Source: Thecamonas trahens ATCC 50062 (taxonomy: Eukaryota > Protista > Apusomonadida). From it: DNA of 64,000 nt. Positions 46,126 through 58,204 of this stretch are shown here, piece by piece. Positions within the stretch are counted from its first letter, which is position 1. Each line of letters begins with the position of its first letter. The notes under the pieces are model-generated. The model did no database searches, was not told the origin of the DNA, and saw nothing but the letters and a program-made list of their open reading frames with translations. The translations under genes were made by a program, and so were the position numbers. Where the stretch lies: positions 1-64,000 of the forward strand of contig NW_013657672.1 in the NCBI RefSeq assembly GCF_000142905.1, written 5' to 3'.

Positions 46126-49100
46126 ATGTCATCGTCGCAACCCGCGTTGGCGCCAAAACGCCACTGGCTCACCAGGGACAAGCTCCGGCCGCTCCTTGAC
46201 AAGCTCTCGTCGGAACTTCCGTCGGTCCGGTCGGCTGCGCTCGACTCGCTAGTCTTCAAGCTACACCATGGGCTCGTCGTTCCTGCTCAGCTAGTTCATG
46301 AGGCCTCGCTCCCTCCGGCCCTCCTCTCCTGGTTCAACTTTGACAACGTGGTCCTCCCACGCAAGGCTCTCGAGCTCATGGCTACTCTCACAAACTCCCA
46401 TCCCAAGGTCTTTGGCTTTGCCCTACTCCGCGCTGGTGCCGTTCCCTTTCTCAACGCTCTTCGACCCGATCTTCCGCCCTTTTGCATCCCTCAAGTCGAC
46501 GCGCTCCGCGACGCCTTGCTCCACCTCGAACCACAGCTCCTCCTCGCCCCGCCGCCGCAGCCCGCCAGCCACCAGGCCAAACTCGAGAGCCTCCCGGGAT
46601 CCAAGGCCTACGCCGAGTTAACGACGCTCCTCCGTCCCCGGGCTCGCCTCCCCGATGACGACGCGGGATTCGCCTCTTCTATGGATGACCTGCTCCGCAC
46701 TCTCCCGCCGGCGGACGTCGACGCACTGCTTGCTGCCGGCGACGCGCTCTGTCGCGACGCGCCCGGCCCGCTCCTCGAAGCGCTTCACGACTTTGAGTCG
46801 CGCATCGTCTTTGACTACCCGCCGCTGGCAGTCCTCGCCGCTGGTACCCCGCTTCAGGGCCTCATCTCGCTGCTCATCAACACCGGCTCGCCCGACGTCG
46901 CCACGCATTACGACCTCGAGCTGCTAGCCCTCCGCTGCCTCACCGCCTGGCTCGACCGCACATCGGCTGCACTCTCCCTCGCTCGGGCCGCCCTCGACTA
47001 CGCCCCGGCCGCCTCGGCACCAGGCCCGTCGCCGTTTGCGCCTCCAGTCCTCGGCCTTCTGCACAACACCCTCGCCCGCATCCTTACCCGGCTCGCCCCG
47101 CTGGCCGCCGCCTCGCGGCTCCATGCTCCGGTCTGTGCCGCCCTCGCGCCCGCACTTGCCCTCTACGCACGAGTCCTCGCCCTCCTCCCACGCCAGCAGC
47201 TCGCCGCCCTCGCCCGCCCGGCTGCCGCCTCGCTCGCTTCCGCCCTCGCCGCACACCTCGACTCGCCGCACACCTCACCGCTCCTTGTGCACATTACCGC
47301 CGACGTCATCGACGTCTGGCTCACCGCACACCTCGTTGCTGACGGCACATCACTCGATCCCGCGCTCGACGCGGCTCTCATCCAGCTCGTTCTCGACGCC
47401 GAGCTCCACCAAGCGCTCGACCCTGCCAAGACCACCTTTGCGTCATACCTCGTTGCCGTCAACGCACCGTCGGTCGAGGCTCTTCAGCTCCTGGACTCGG
47501 TCCGTTCCGCTCTTGAGGTTCTCGCCAGCCTTGCCACTGCACTCGCGGTCCCTGCCGCCTCGGCACCCTCGCTTGACGTTGTAGCCGCCGCTGCCGGGGC
47601 GGACATCGACTCGCTCGGAGCCACTCTTGCTCTTGCTCTCGGCCACGTGGGCACTGCTCGCTCTGGCTTTACTTCTGCCGCCGCTGCCGACGCGCTCCGC
47701 GCGTTTGCCCCGCTTCTGGCAGAGTCTGCCGCCGTCGCCATTGTCGTCGACCTCCTCGCCTGTGCCAGCGTTGCACCCGAGCCCATTACCGGCCTCCTCG
47801 CCGGCCTCACTGCTGCCGCAACCTCACCGCTTGCCTGCAGCCTCCTCTTTGCCCGCCCGGTTCTCCACCTGCTGCTTGTTCACTTGCTCGGCCTCCCCTC
47901 GCTCGCGCCGGCTGTTGCCGATCTCCTTGTCACCATGGTGACAGCCGTCCCGGCCGGCGAGCCTGAGCTTGACGTCCTCCTCGACTACGTGCCGTGGCTC
48001 CAGCTCCGGCTTGACAACCCGATGCTTTCATCAGCGCTGGCCGGCATCCTCAACCTCCTCTCGCAGGCCATGACCGACGAAGCCGCCCTCGCCGCCAAGG
48101 TCCGGCTTGTCTTCCACGCCGCGCCTTGGGCATCGGCTCAAGCCATCCGCGAGCTCCACGCCCACGTCTCGGAAGTCCCGCTTCCGCCTCCGTTCGAGCT
48201 CATTGACCCGGCAGCAACGTCCGCCCTCACCGCCGACCTCACGCCGGACCTGTTCATTCTTCCGGCGTCCGACGCCCGGCTCGCGCTCCGCGCGCACCGT
48301 CCGGTCTCGGACGCATCGGCTGAGCACGCTGCCAATCTCTTCCACATCTTTACCGGCGGCGATCATGCTGACTTTGAGCCGGCGGTTGTCGCCGCTGCCG
48401 GCGACGAGCTCCTCGCCATGATCACCGCTGCTCCTCTCCTTGTCAAGGTCCTCCTCGGCTCGGTGCCCGACCTGCCCGCCACCCTCGTTGCCCACCTGGA
48501 GTCTGCCCGTCCGGCGCGTGCCGCCATCCTCCTATGGATCCTGGCGTTTGCTCTTGGCTACGCCCCGGCCCATGGTGCCCGCCTCACAGCCGACGTTGAC
48601 GCAGCATCGACGCTCCTCACCTGGCTGCTGGCTGCGGATCCTGCTCCACGTGCTGCCGCCGTCTACGTCTTTGGCGTCATGCTCTTTGACCCGGCTGTGC
48701 TCGCTGTCGGCCTCCCAGACGTCGCTGCTGTCGAAGACGTTGCCGATCTTGTCCCACCGTCGCCGTTTGTCCTTGCTGTCCCGCGCGTCCTCCACACCGG
48801 TTTCACCCTCCCGTTTGGAACTCACTCGTTTGACATGGTGCTCGCGCCGCATACCGCCGCCACGCATGCTCCGCCGCTCGCGCTCCGGCTTGTCACCGAC
48901 GCGCTCGACGCCAAGACCTCCGCTGGCATGCCGGCGCCATCCACCCTCCATGCCTGGGATCTCACCCTTGTCTGGCGCGAGGCCTGGCGCGCTATTGCGC
49001 TCTCGCCGTCGTCGACAAATCCGGATCGCTTTGTCGACGCCGCCCGGACCCTCGCTGCCCATCTCCGCTGGCGGCCCGACGCCTGCGACGCGCTCGCAGA

Positions 49101-52100
49101 AGTGCCTTGGTCTGAAGCGCTTGGCATCTGGCTTGCCCCACTGCCGATCTCGGTCCCGACGCCATCGACCTGCCGGACATGGACGTTGTCGCTGCCGCCT
49201 TTGATCTTGCTTCTGCCGCTGTCGCCGTCGCGCCCAACTCGCAAGATGCGCTTGACTTTGCCAACGCTCTCCCACGCTGGTTGGTCCCGCTTTGGGCCTC
49301 GCCAGTCCACCAGGTCTCCGACGGGCTGGCGGCCTCCGAGTTGGCACCGGCTCAGCTGGCGGCGCTCCTTGCCGCTCGCGCAGTCTACTACTCGCTCAAG
49401 GCGCTTACTCTCCTCCTCGCCTCTCCGTCACACACTGAACGCTGGTCGCCGTCGACCTGGGAACAGCTAGCGTGCGGTGCCTTTGACACGTTTGTTGCGC
49501 CGGCGCTCCCGCACGCCACCCGAACCGCGCCTGCCATCCACCTGCACGGCCTGGTAGCGCGAACAGGGCTTTCCACCTTTGCCGCCATCCTCGCCGCCGC
49601 TCCGGGCAACCTTGGTCGTTCGCGCCACGCCGATGCGGGTACCCTCCTCTTTGCATGGGCTCGTCAGCTCCTTGCACCGGGTGCTCCAGCCTCCATCACG
49701 ACCGTCGGTCTCAATGCCCCTGCCGCCTACTCAAAGCGACCGCTCCTCGCCGACCGCCTCGCAGTCATCGAGGCGCTTGCCCGTCGCGCCGCAGCCTGGG
49801 ACGGCCCGCACCTGGCTGCCGGTCTCGACGACAAGACGCTGAGCCTTGTCGTCGCCTGCCTCGGCGGCCTCATGCACGACCAGGTGTCAGCCGTTCGCGC
49901 CACCGCGTGGCGGACCGTCGCCTGGATGGTGGCGGACACCAGTCGCGCCGCACCAGCGTTTGCCGCGGCCCATCCGCGCCTGCTCGTCGAGGCACTTGAG
50001 CTCGCCGCCGATCATCGCTCCCCGTACGGCGTTCGGGCCTCTGCATATGCCGCTGCCGCCGCCTTGCTCCTCGCCGCGCCTGACCAGGTCCCGTCTCGGG
50101 TCTGGGCCCCGGCGTTGGAGGCGCTTGCCGAGCTGCTTGCCGAGCCTACCGCCCCGCCGGCCTTTGTCCACGGTGCTGCCCGCATGATGGCGGCGCTGGT
50201 GTCGGTCGCCTCGCCCGATGACGCTGCCCACATCTCGGCCGTTGCGCTCCAGACCCGGCTCTGGTCACGTGTTTTGGACCTGGCGTCGGCTGCCTCGTTT
50301 GTGAGCCGATCGCAGGCGCTCCTGTCCGCGCTCGGCCTTGCCGGCGACGACTGTGCGGCGGCCGGTCCAGGCGCGGCGTGGAAGCACTTGCAGGCTGCTT
50401 CGAGCCCGCACGCTGCCTCGCTCGCTCTCTTTTGCACTGCACTGCATGGGCTCGCTGCCTCGGCGCGTGAGACCCGGTCATACTTGGTCGCAACGCTCCC
50501 GCTTGTTCCGACGCTGATTAGCTTGCTAGCCTCCCCGGGTCACCTGCATCTCGCGGGCAAGTCGGCCGAGTATGGTCCGTCGCTTGCAGCTTATGTTGGC
50601 GCCCATCCGGACGCTTTCACTCGCGGCCTTGCCGGGCTCGCTTCGGCGCAGCTGGTCGGTGCCTGTGGCCGGCTGTTGGCGTTTGCCTGGCAGGAGCTCC
50701 GGCCACCGGCGCGTGCAACCATCTGCGGTCGTGACGGGCGTGTGCTGGCCTTGGCCCTGGCGCTCGCAGCCGGGCCGGCGAGTGCCTCGCTAGACGCCCG
50801 GGTCGGCATCGCGCTGGCTGTCGCTGCGTGCCTCGGCTGCGACCAGCCTGGCTCTGCACTCTTGCGGCCCGTCCTGGACGAGATGGTGAGCCCGAGTGAG
50901 GTTGACGGGTTCTGGCTGCCTCACCAGCTCGAAGCCTCGGTCATTCCGGGCGCGCTCCTCGGCTCGCAATTGCTCGCGCTCTACCGTGAGCTGCACACCT
51001 CGGATGTTGTCTTTGCGTGGTCGGTCCCGCACTCGCTTCACGGACTGGCAGCGTTGGAGGCGGCGCGGGCGCACACAGCGTGCGCGCTGGCGGCGCTCTG
51101 GCTCGGCTCCGACTCGAGCGTCGAGCTGGCGGCGCTCGCCGGCGAGTTTATCTCGCTCCGCCGCGAGGCGTCAGAAGCCATGTCGCTGGTGACCAAGCTC
51201 GACTCGGAAACCGCACGCGCAGGCTCAGAGCTCGCTTCGCGGCCGGGCTTGACCTCGATGACCCGCAGCCTGGCGGTGGCACAGGTTCTCAACACGCTCG
51301 CACTGCTCAAGGCCGGTGTCCTTCGGGTGGCTGACGCCAAGGCGCAGGCCATCGAGGCAGGAGTCATCACGTTTGTCCACCGCGCGCTGGCGCGGATCAC
51401 CTCGACCAAGTGGCCGACGGCGTGCGAGCATCGCACTACCCTTGTCCGGGCGTGCCTCGGCCTAGTTGCCAATCTCGCTGCCGACTCGCCGGCTTCACTG
51501 CGGGCGATCGCCGAGCACAGCGAGCTGCTCCGCGCGCTGACGGCGCGAGTCGAGTCGCCGCCGCGCGACGGGACGTATCCAGACGTGCTCGCGCTGCTCG
51601 GAGAGCTTGCCCGCGGCTCCGAGGTCCGCGCCCAGTTGCTCAAGACCAAGATCGACCACAGTCTTGCCGCAGTGGTCCTCCGTGGCGCCGATGGGGTCGA
51701 GCGGACCGAGAAGGTCGTCGACCGCGAGCTCGCTCCAGTCCTCAACTTTTGGATCTCGTTCACATCATGCGCCGGTGGTGCCGAGCGTGCCACCAAGGTC
51801 CGTGGCCTCTTTGGCGGCCTCCACCGCATCGCGCTCAGCGTGCCTCACTCGGAGGTCGGCCTAGCGGCGCTCAAGGTCGTCCGCAACATGGCACACTGCC
51901 GCGAGGCCAAGGTCCACTTTCTGGAGGCCGGGCGGCTGGCCGGGCTCACTCGCAAGCTCCTGGTGCTCCCGATGCAACCAACGCCCGAGGCCGATGCTGA
52001 GGCGGCCACACGGTGGGCGCTGGTCACCGACGCGCTCTGGGCGCTCGTCTACGCCTCGCAAAAAATCAAGGTCGCCCTCAACAAGATCGGCGTGGCCAAG

Positions 52101-52334
52101 ACGCTCGAGCTCATTGAGGCGTATATGTGGCGGCGGTACGGGCCGTCGCTGGAGGAGGCCTCGCCCGAGCTGGCTGCCGAGAAGCGGCAGCGCATGACCG
52201 GCGTGGCGTGGTATGCCTCGATCGACGCCACCGCCGCCGAGCCGGTCGACGCTGCCGGGCTGGCGACGCTCGCCAAGGCTCTTGAGGCCTCGACCGTTGT
52301 CCGTGGCCTGCTCCACCAGCGCGTGATAAACTAG
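46126..52334 (+). CDS. RTTN: Rotatin (centriole/basal-body protein); frameshift near 49140
   Basis: N-terminus LLDKLSSELPSVRSAALDSLVFKLHHGL..LLSWFNF..GAVPFL matches the rotatin N-terminal pattern; C-terminus ALWALVYASQKIKVAL; ~2070 aa ARM-like. Confidence 0.85.
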
Positions 52335-52383
52335 ATGCCGCAGGGAACACAGTGTGTGGCAGACTTTGGTAGGTTGGGGGATG

Positions 52384-55300
52384 CTAGTCGAGGACAATGA
52401 CCGGAGCGTCGGCGCGCGGCACAGCGCGCGGGCGTGGAGTAAAGAGCGATGACGCCGGCGCAAACGACGGCGCGTACGACGGTTCAGTCGGCGCGTACGA
52501 CGGTTCAGTCGGCGCGTACGACGGTTCAGTCGGCGCGTACGACGGTTCAGTCGGCGCGTACGACGGTTCAGTCGGCGCGTACGACGGTTCAGTCGGCGCG
52601 TACGACGGTTCAGTCGGCGCGTACGACGGTTCAGTCGGCGCGTACGACGACGAGTTCGGCACGCACGGCTCGGGTGACGGCGAGCCAAAGAGGCCAGAGA
52701 GTGGATGTGTTCGCTTGGGCGGCGGCGCTACGACCGGGGCCGGGTCGTCGTCGAGGGTAAGGTCGACGGCTTCAAAGACGCGCTTGCGCTTGCGGGAGGC
52801 GCCAGTGGGGGTGGAGAGGGCCGACGCCGGAGTCGGAGTAGTGTCCGCCGGGGCGAGCGCGCTTGGGTTGCCCGTCGCGGCATGGGCGCCGGGCAGGTGC
52901 GGGGTTGACGACGCGTCTGTGGGCGCGGGGGAGGGGCCCGCGAGCTCGGCGGCCGCCGGAGCCGCAGACGGATTCGGCGCCGTGTACTCGATCTCGGGCG
53001 CGTGTGCGCCTTCGATAGAGCCGTCGGGGAGGATGACGACGCCCTCACAGTCCTCGTCGGCAAACTGCGGCGAGGTGACGAGCGAGAGAACAAAGAGGTC
53101 GACGACGACGTCCGAGGTGGAGAGCGGCTTCTTGCAGATGGGGCAGGGCGTGGATGAGCGGCCCTGGTGGGCCATGACCTGGAGGAGCGTGACGAGGTCG
53201 AAGAGCGACGAGACGTGGGTGCACTGCTTGCCGCATGCAGGGAGGCGCATGCGGGCAAAGGCGAGCGGACAGAGGAACGAGAGCTTGACCGAGAGGACCG
53301 GCAGCTCGGGAAGCTCAAAGTTGTTGCGAAGAAAGGTGGCCTTGGCGGCAGCGACCTGGGCGCCCGAGACCTCGATGGTGGTGTCGCACACGGCGAGCGA
53401 CCGGGTGGGTCCGGCGAGCTGCGATGCGTCCCCCGCAGCCTTCAGTTGCTTGCGGAGGAGCGTGGTGCCGACAGCCTCGGGCTTGATGCGCGGTGCGTAC
53501 GCAAAGGCGAGGATGATGATGTCGGGCAGGTACGACGACGAGCGGACGATGGAGATCTTGTTGCGACCCTCGATGAGGTGCTTGCCCAATTCGGGTGCCG
53601 GATGTGCGGCCGACGGCGTGATCGGCTTCTGGTTGACGTACACTGTAACTGCTGGCACTGCGTTTGGCGACCGCCGTGACTCGATGAGCAGCTTACACGA
53701 GATGTCAGGCGAGGAAAAGTTCCACAGCGGGAGCGAGGTCACGTTGAGCTCAAAGGCAAAGGTCCGTGTCCCAACAGGGAGCATGGCCTGGTACGGCGGG
53801 AGTACGTACCGCTCATGACGGTAGTCGAGGAACGGGTCGGATCCACGCCCGCGGAACTTGTATGATCTCAGCTCGTCGACTGTCAGCGTCTTCTGGCTGG
53901 CCGCTGGCTTGGGCCGCCTGCTGAGCGCCGACGCGACCGCCAAGGACATCCGCGCCCGCGCGTCAGCCGACGCGACCGCGCTGTTTGAGCTGGTGGTGTG
54001 TCTCGCTGCAGCACTAGGGCTCGATCTTGAAGGTGCTGGTGGTTGTCTCTGCCCCGGAGCCTGGGCCGGCTGTGTTGAAACGCCAAACGCGGAATCCGCC
54101 AGGGAGCACAGCGTTTCGCCGCGCTTGGTACGATGGTGGGTATGGCTCACGCCGTGGAGGAGTGCGGCCATTGCACTTGGCAGAACCGGAGCGTGCGAGG
54201 CGGACTTGAGCATGTCGTCCGCGCGGAACCAGTAGATCTCGACGTCACCCAAACGGTCGGAAGAGCTGACGATAGCTGAGAGCTTTGCCTCGTCAGACAA
54301 CGGCGGAATGAGGAGCCAAGGCGAGCGCATCATGCAGTACCGGTCTTGCGACCGAATGAACGACGCTGTGATCTCGGGCAGCGCGCCCCAGAGGCCAGGC
54401 AAGCCGTCGCTCACCATCGGATCGACCCGCCCAGACGGCAGGCCGAGTGGAAGCTTGAGCTCCAAGAGGGGCGGCCGGAGATCCGCGAGGTATGTAAGCC
54501 ACCTGGCGAACGCCACCAGCATCTTATCGGTCACGCCCGGCACCCCGCCGACAAAGATCGCCAGCAGTGACGCCTCGGCCGAACACCGCAGCGCGTGAGT
54601 CTTGAGCTGGGACACGCCTGGTGCTGCGTAGATGACATGGCGAAGCTTGGCCGCCGACAAGGATCGAATGACACACAGCTGTTGTCGAGATGCGTAGAAG
54701 ATCGGTTGGAAAGCCAGCGAGATCAGGACCAGAACCGGGACCGGGACCGGGGGCGGGACCGGGAGCAGGACCACAGGGGAGCAGGACCAGGAAGGGCAGC
54801 ACGACCAAGAGCAGGGCAAAGTGTAGGAGCAAGAGCAGGACAAAGAGCAACGACCACGATCACGACCAGAAACACAACCAAGAAGGCGACCACAGCACCC
54901 GACCATGACCATGACCATGACCATGACCGTGACCATGACCATGACCATGACCATGACCATGATCGTCACCATCACCGTCCCCAATGACCATCGAGCACGA
55001 CAACGGCACACAAGTAGAGGAACGACCAATTCAAAGGTGACCACCACACACACCGCCAATGACGACATGCCCACCCATAGCCATACACATTCAGATACCC
55101 ACAGCCAATGGATGAGTCAATGTCCATACCATGCACATTCCCATATATATGTCATGGGGGTAGGAAGGGGGGGGGGGGGGGAGGGGGCACACCGCCCGTC
55201 CCTCAGCAGGTCACCTTGGGGAGACCGCACCCGCACACACAGACAGACACGCACACTTGGAACCCCCATCCGTGGAATACTCAGAGAGCCTCAACCTTGA

Positions 55301-55602
55301 GGAGGGAATATGTACAGCGGAGTATGTTCTATAACATATCCGGAGAAGGTGTCGGTGGGTGGAGGAATGCGGGTGGTAGGGGTGCAGGACGATGTGGTTG
55401 GGGAGAGTGGGTGGGAGGGTGGCGGGGTCGGAGGGGAGGGCACACAGCAAAGGCAATGATCCCGGTATGGATGGCGATGAAGTCACGGGTCATAGTATCG
55501 GATGGAATCGATGTGAGGCATGGAAGAACATACCTGTTGATCAAGAGCTTTGATATTGGCGGCAAAGTGGGAGAGACTTGGTGTGGTTGATGTCATGGTC
55601 AT
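52384..55602 (-). CDS. SP-RING/MIZ zinc-finger protein (PIAS/Siz-like SUMO E3) with CTD-like heptads (probable exons 55602-55534, 54678-52384)
   Basis: LSFLCPLAFARMRLPACGKQCTH..FD..CPICKK..VVVDLFV, VVILPDGS, NLS RKRKR, SIM-like AVDLTLDDD and VIVLD. Exon 1 is inferred from a cag|gtatgt donor and an in-frame acacag-type acceptor. Confidence 0.8.
52477..52644 (-). repeat. Eight perfect 21-bp coding repeats encoding YAPTEPS
   Basis: Unit TACGCGCCGACTGAACCGTCG on the minus strand, 8 identical copies. Confidence 0.97.
54900..54962. repeat. (GACCAT)n hexamer repeat, probably intronic
   Basis: About 10 copies. Confidence 0.9.
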
Positions 55603-55949
55603 GGCCGTGGCCAATGTGTGTGTGTGTGTGTGTGTGAGAGCCCCCGCGGGCAGAGTCAAGTTGTCAAACGCAACGTCACCGCCGGTCATCTCGACCACAA
55701 AGCGACAACCGCCGCAGGCATTAACTGGGTAGAGTTGGGCAGATGGTAGTGCGACTCGGCGATGTGGCGGAAAGCAGGACGCAGGACGCAGGGATGGTGA
55801 TGCTTGGGAGTGGATGTGTGCGGGAATGGATTCAATGGAAAAGAGTCGCCTCGGGCAGGGGATGGTGGCACCCACACACGTGGTGAGCCAGCGCCCCGCG
55901 TTGGAGGGTGGGGACCTTGTCTCGCCTGGTGGCCAATCACAGGAGGCGG

Positions 55950-57467
55950 CTAGAGGGCCTTGGAGAGCGAGTCGTTGATCATGGCCTCGAGTGGGTCCGA
56001 CGTCTCCACACGGAGCTTTGGGGCCGCCTTCCACACCGACATGAGGACGGCAAAGCGGCAGTAACGGACGTTGCACATGTCGACCAGCCACCTAGCCTCC
56101 TGGCTCGGGTTGAGCATCTTGTAAAAGGCCTTGACGATCCGGTCCATGTGGCGCGTCTCCTGGGCAAAGTTCTGCCGCAGCGAGTGGATGAGGCCGGCCA
56201 TGACCGAGACGGCTGGGACGTCGGCCAGGGACTGGCCTTCCGCCTTGAGCTGGTAGAGGTGTGCCATGTGTTCGCGCATCAGCGCCCGCAACGATGAGAG
56301 GAGCGCAGAGCGCCGGCGGAGAATCGCCGCCACAGCCTTGGTGTGGTTCCGCCGCAGCTCGGTCATCTGCGCAATCTGGGTCTCGCTCAGCCCGAGCGGG
56401 TTGGACGCCGTCAGGATCTCAAATGGCGACTTGTTGGAGGCAGAAGGCCGCGGGGCAGGCGCCGTGGGGTCGGGGTCGATGTCCTTCAGCAGCTGGATCA
56501 TCGCGTCCTCGCTTGCCCGCTCGCGGTCGTACCGCTCCTGCCGCTCCGCGTTGATCAGCACGTTCTTGAACTCGGAGCTCTCCGGGTCGACAACTTGACC
56601 ATCGTCGCCAATAAACTTGGTCAGCTGCGACGACGGCGTCGGGCCCATGCACGACGAGCCGTCGCCCTTGAACGCCGGATCCGGGTCGCACGCCAGCGCG
56701 CTCGACCACGACTGCATCCCGCGCGCACGACACGCCATCTCGGCGTCGTCAGTCTTCTTGAGCGCCTCGTTTTCAGCCTTGAGCGCGTCGAGCTGTGACT
56801 CCAGCTCGGCAAACCGCGCCTTGGTCTTCTCGCGGTACCGCTTCGACGCCCGCCGGTTCTGCTCTGCCCGCTTCACCGGGTCGCGCTTGCCCGAGCCAGA
56901 CTGCGACTTGGACTTGGATGCCTTGCCGCGGCCCTTGTTGCCGCTGGCCTTGGCCTTCTTCGACGTCGGCTCGTCTGTTGACGCCTGCGGCGCAGCCCGC
57001 TTCCGGCTCTGCTGCTGCTGACCCGACGTCGGCGGTGGGACCGACTGCACAGGCACAGGCTGCGGCACCATACTGCTCGGCACGACGGCGGCGGCGGTCG
57101 GGTTGTCGAGACGGTTGGCCTGGTTGTAGATGTCGTGCATGACGTCGTACGAGACCGAGGGCGGGACTGGAAGCTGAGCAAAGAGCGAGTTCTCCGACAC
57201 TTGGTCCACCTCGTCAGCCATAAACGAGCCAAAGTGAGTCGTCGGGGTTGACTTGGCCATGTAAGGCATCTCAGACGGAGGAATGGCATGCATGACCGAT
57301 GCCGGTGGCATGTACGGCTGAAGCGGCGGAGTGATTAGCGGTCCAAGGTCATCCAGCTCAAGGCCGGGATTGTTGAGAAAGTGCTTGAACATGGCAAACG
57401 AGGCATCCTGGTTGGTGGCCGTCCTCGCATCAGGATGACCCACACCGGTCGCCACATTGAGATCCAT
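55950..57467 (-). CDS. bZIP transcription factor with a helical C-terminal domain
   Basis: Basic region KRAEQNRRASKRYREK (N-x7-R) and zipper LESQLDALKAENEAL. Confidence 0.88.
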   Translation of the reverse strand: MDLNVATGVGHPDARTATNQDASFAMFKHFLNNPGLELDDLGPLITPPLQPYMPPASVMHAIPPSEMPYMAKSTPTTHFGSFMADEVDQVSENSLFAQLPVPPSVSYDVMHDIYNQANRLDNPTAAAVVPSSMVPQPVPVQSVPPPTSGQQQQSRKRAAPQASTDEPTSKKAKASGNKGRGKASKSKSQSGSGKRDPVKRAEQNRRASKRYREKTKARFAELESQLDALKAENEALKKTDDAEMACRARGMQSWSSALACDPDPAFKGDGSSCMGPTPSSQLTKFIGDDGQVVDPESSEFKNVLINAERQERYDRERASEDAMIQLLKDIDPDPTAPAPRPSASNKSPFEILTASNPLGLSETQIAQMTELRRNHTKAVAAILRRRSALLSSLRALMREHMAHLYQLKAEGQSLADVPAVSVMAGLIHSLRQNFAQETRHMDRIVKAFYKMLNPSQEARWLVDMCNVRYCRFAVLMSVWKAAPKLRVETSDPLEAMINDSLSKAL

Positions 57468-58204
57468 CGTGTTCTGAAGTGTTTGGCGGCAGCTGCTGAT
57501 TAGTTGGTGGACAAAGAGACGAAACAGACGAGTGTTCGGGAAAAAGGCCTTCGACTTTGTCGGGGTTTCTTCGATGCGCTTGGTGCGGAGTGCGGAGAAA
57601 CAGTCCAAGGGGAAGGAGAACGTGCTAAGTGGGTCACAGTAGCACTCGGTCGTGCGAGTAGAGGGGCGAAGGAAGACTGGTGGCTTGGCAGGGAGTAGAA
57701 GGTCGGTGTTCCAAGCAAAGCCGTGAGAGAGATGGTTGCCGCTTCTGCACGCGTTGTGAAGTCGTGTGTTCGCTGCGGAACGAGCGGGTGGGTACATTCT
57801 GCAACAAACGTTTTTGCCGCCAGTCAAACTGTCAAAAATTGCCTGAGGGCTCGCAGTCCAACGCCACGTCCCTCTGTCCACTGCAACGTTTCCTGCCCAC
57901 CTGCTTTGAAGTCGATACTAGTCCGGCATGGCTTCTCCTTGCCAGCTTTGTCTCAACGTCACAAGGCTGGTTCCTCGCCCGCAAGGGAGTGCTCTAGATA
58001 GGCGCGGGTTGCGGCTGGAATGACGCGGCATATTTTTCACGCTTTTGAACCAATTTAGCGCGTTGGATAAGGCTGGGCAGGAGAGCAGCAACCAGCTGGT
58101 GGCTGACGACAGCCTACAGTCAATATGCAACCCCCCCCCCCTCAATTCGACAACTGCTGAAGCGGCCGGTTTTTTTTCCTCCGCTCTCCGCTCCCGCATA
58201 TTAA

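Noticed and set aside
52477-52644. RPB1 gene suggested by the heptads
   Set aside because: No polymerase motifs (for example NADFDGD) in the ORF; the upstream domain is an SP-RING.
54679-55074. N-terminal MVMVMV/VPVP 'membrane' extension of the SP-RING ORF
   Set aside because: It is translated microsatellite, better explained as intron upstream of the acceptor at 54679.
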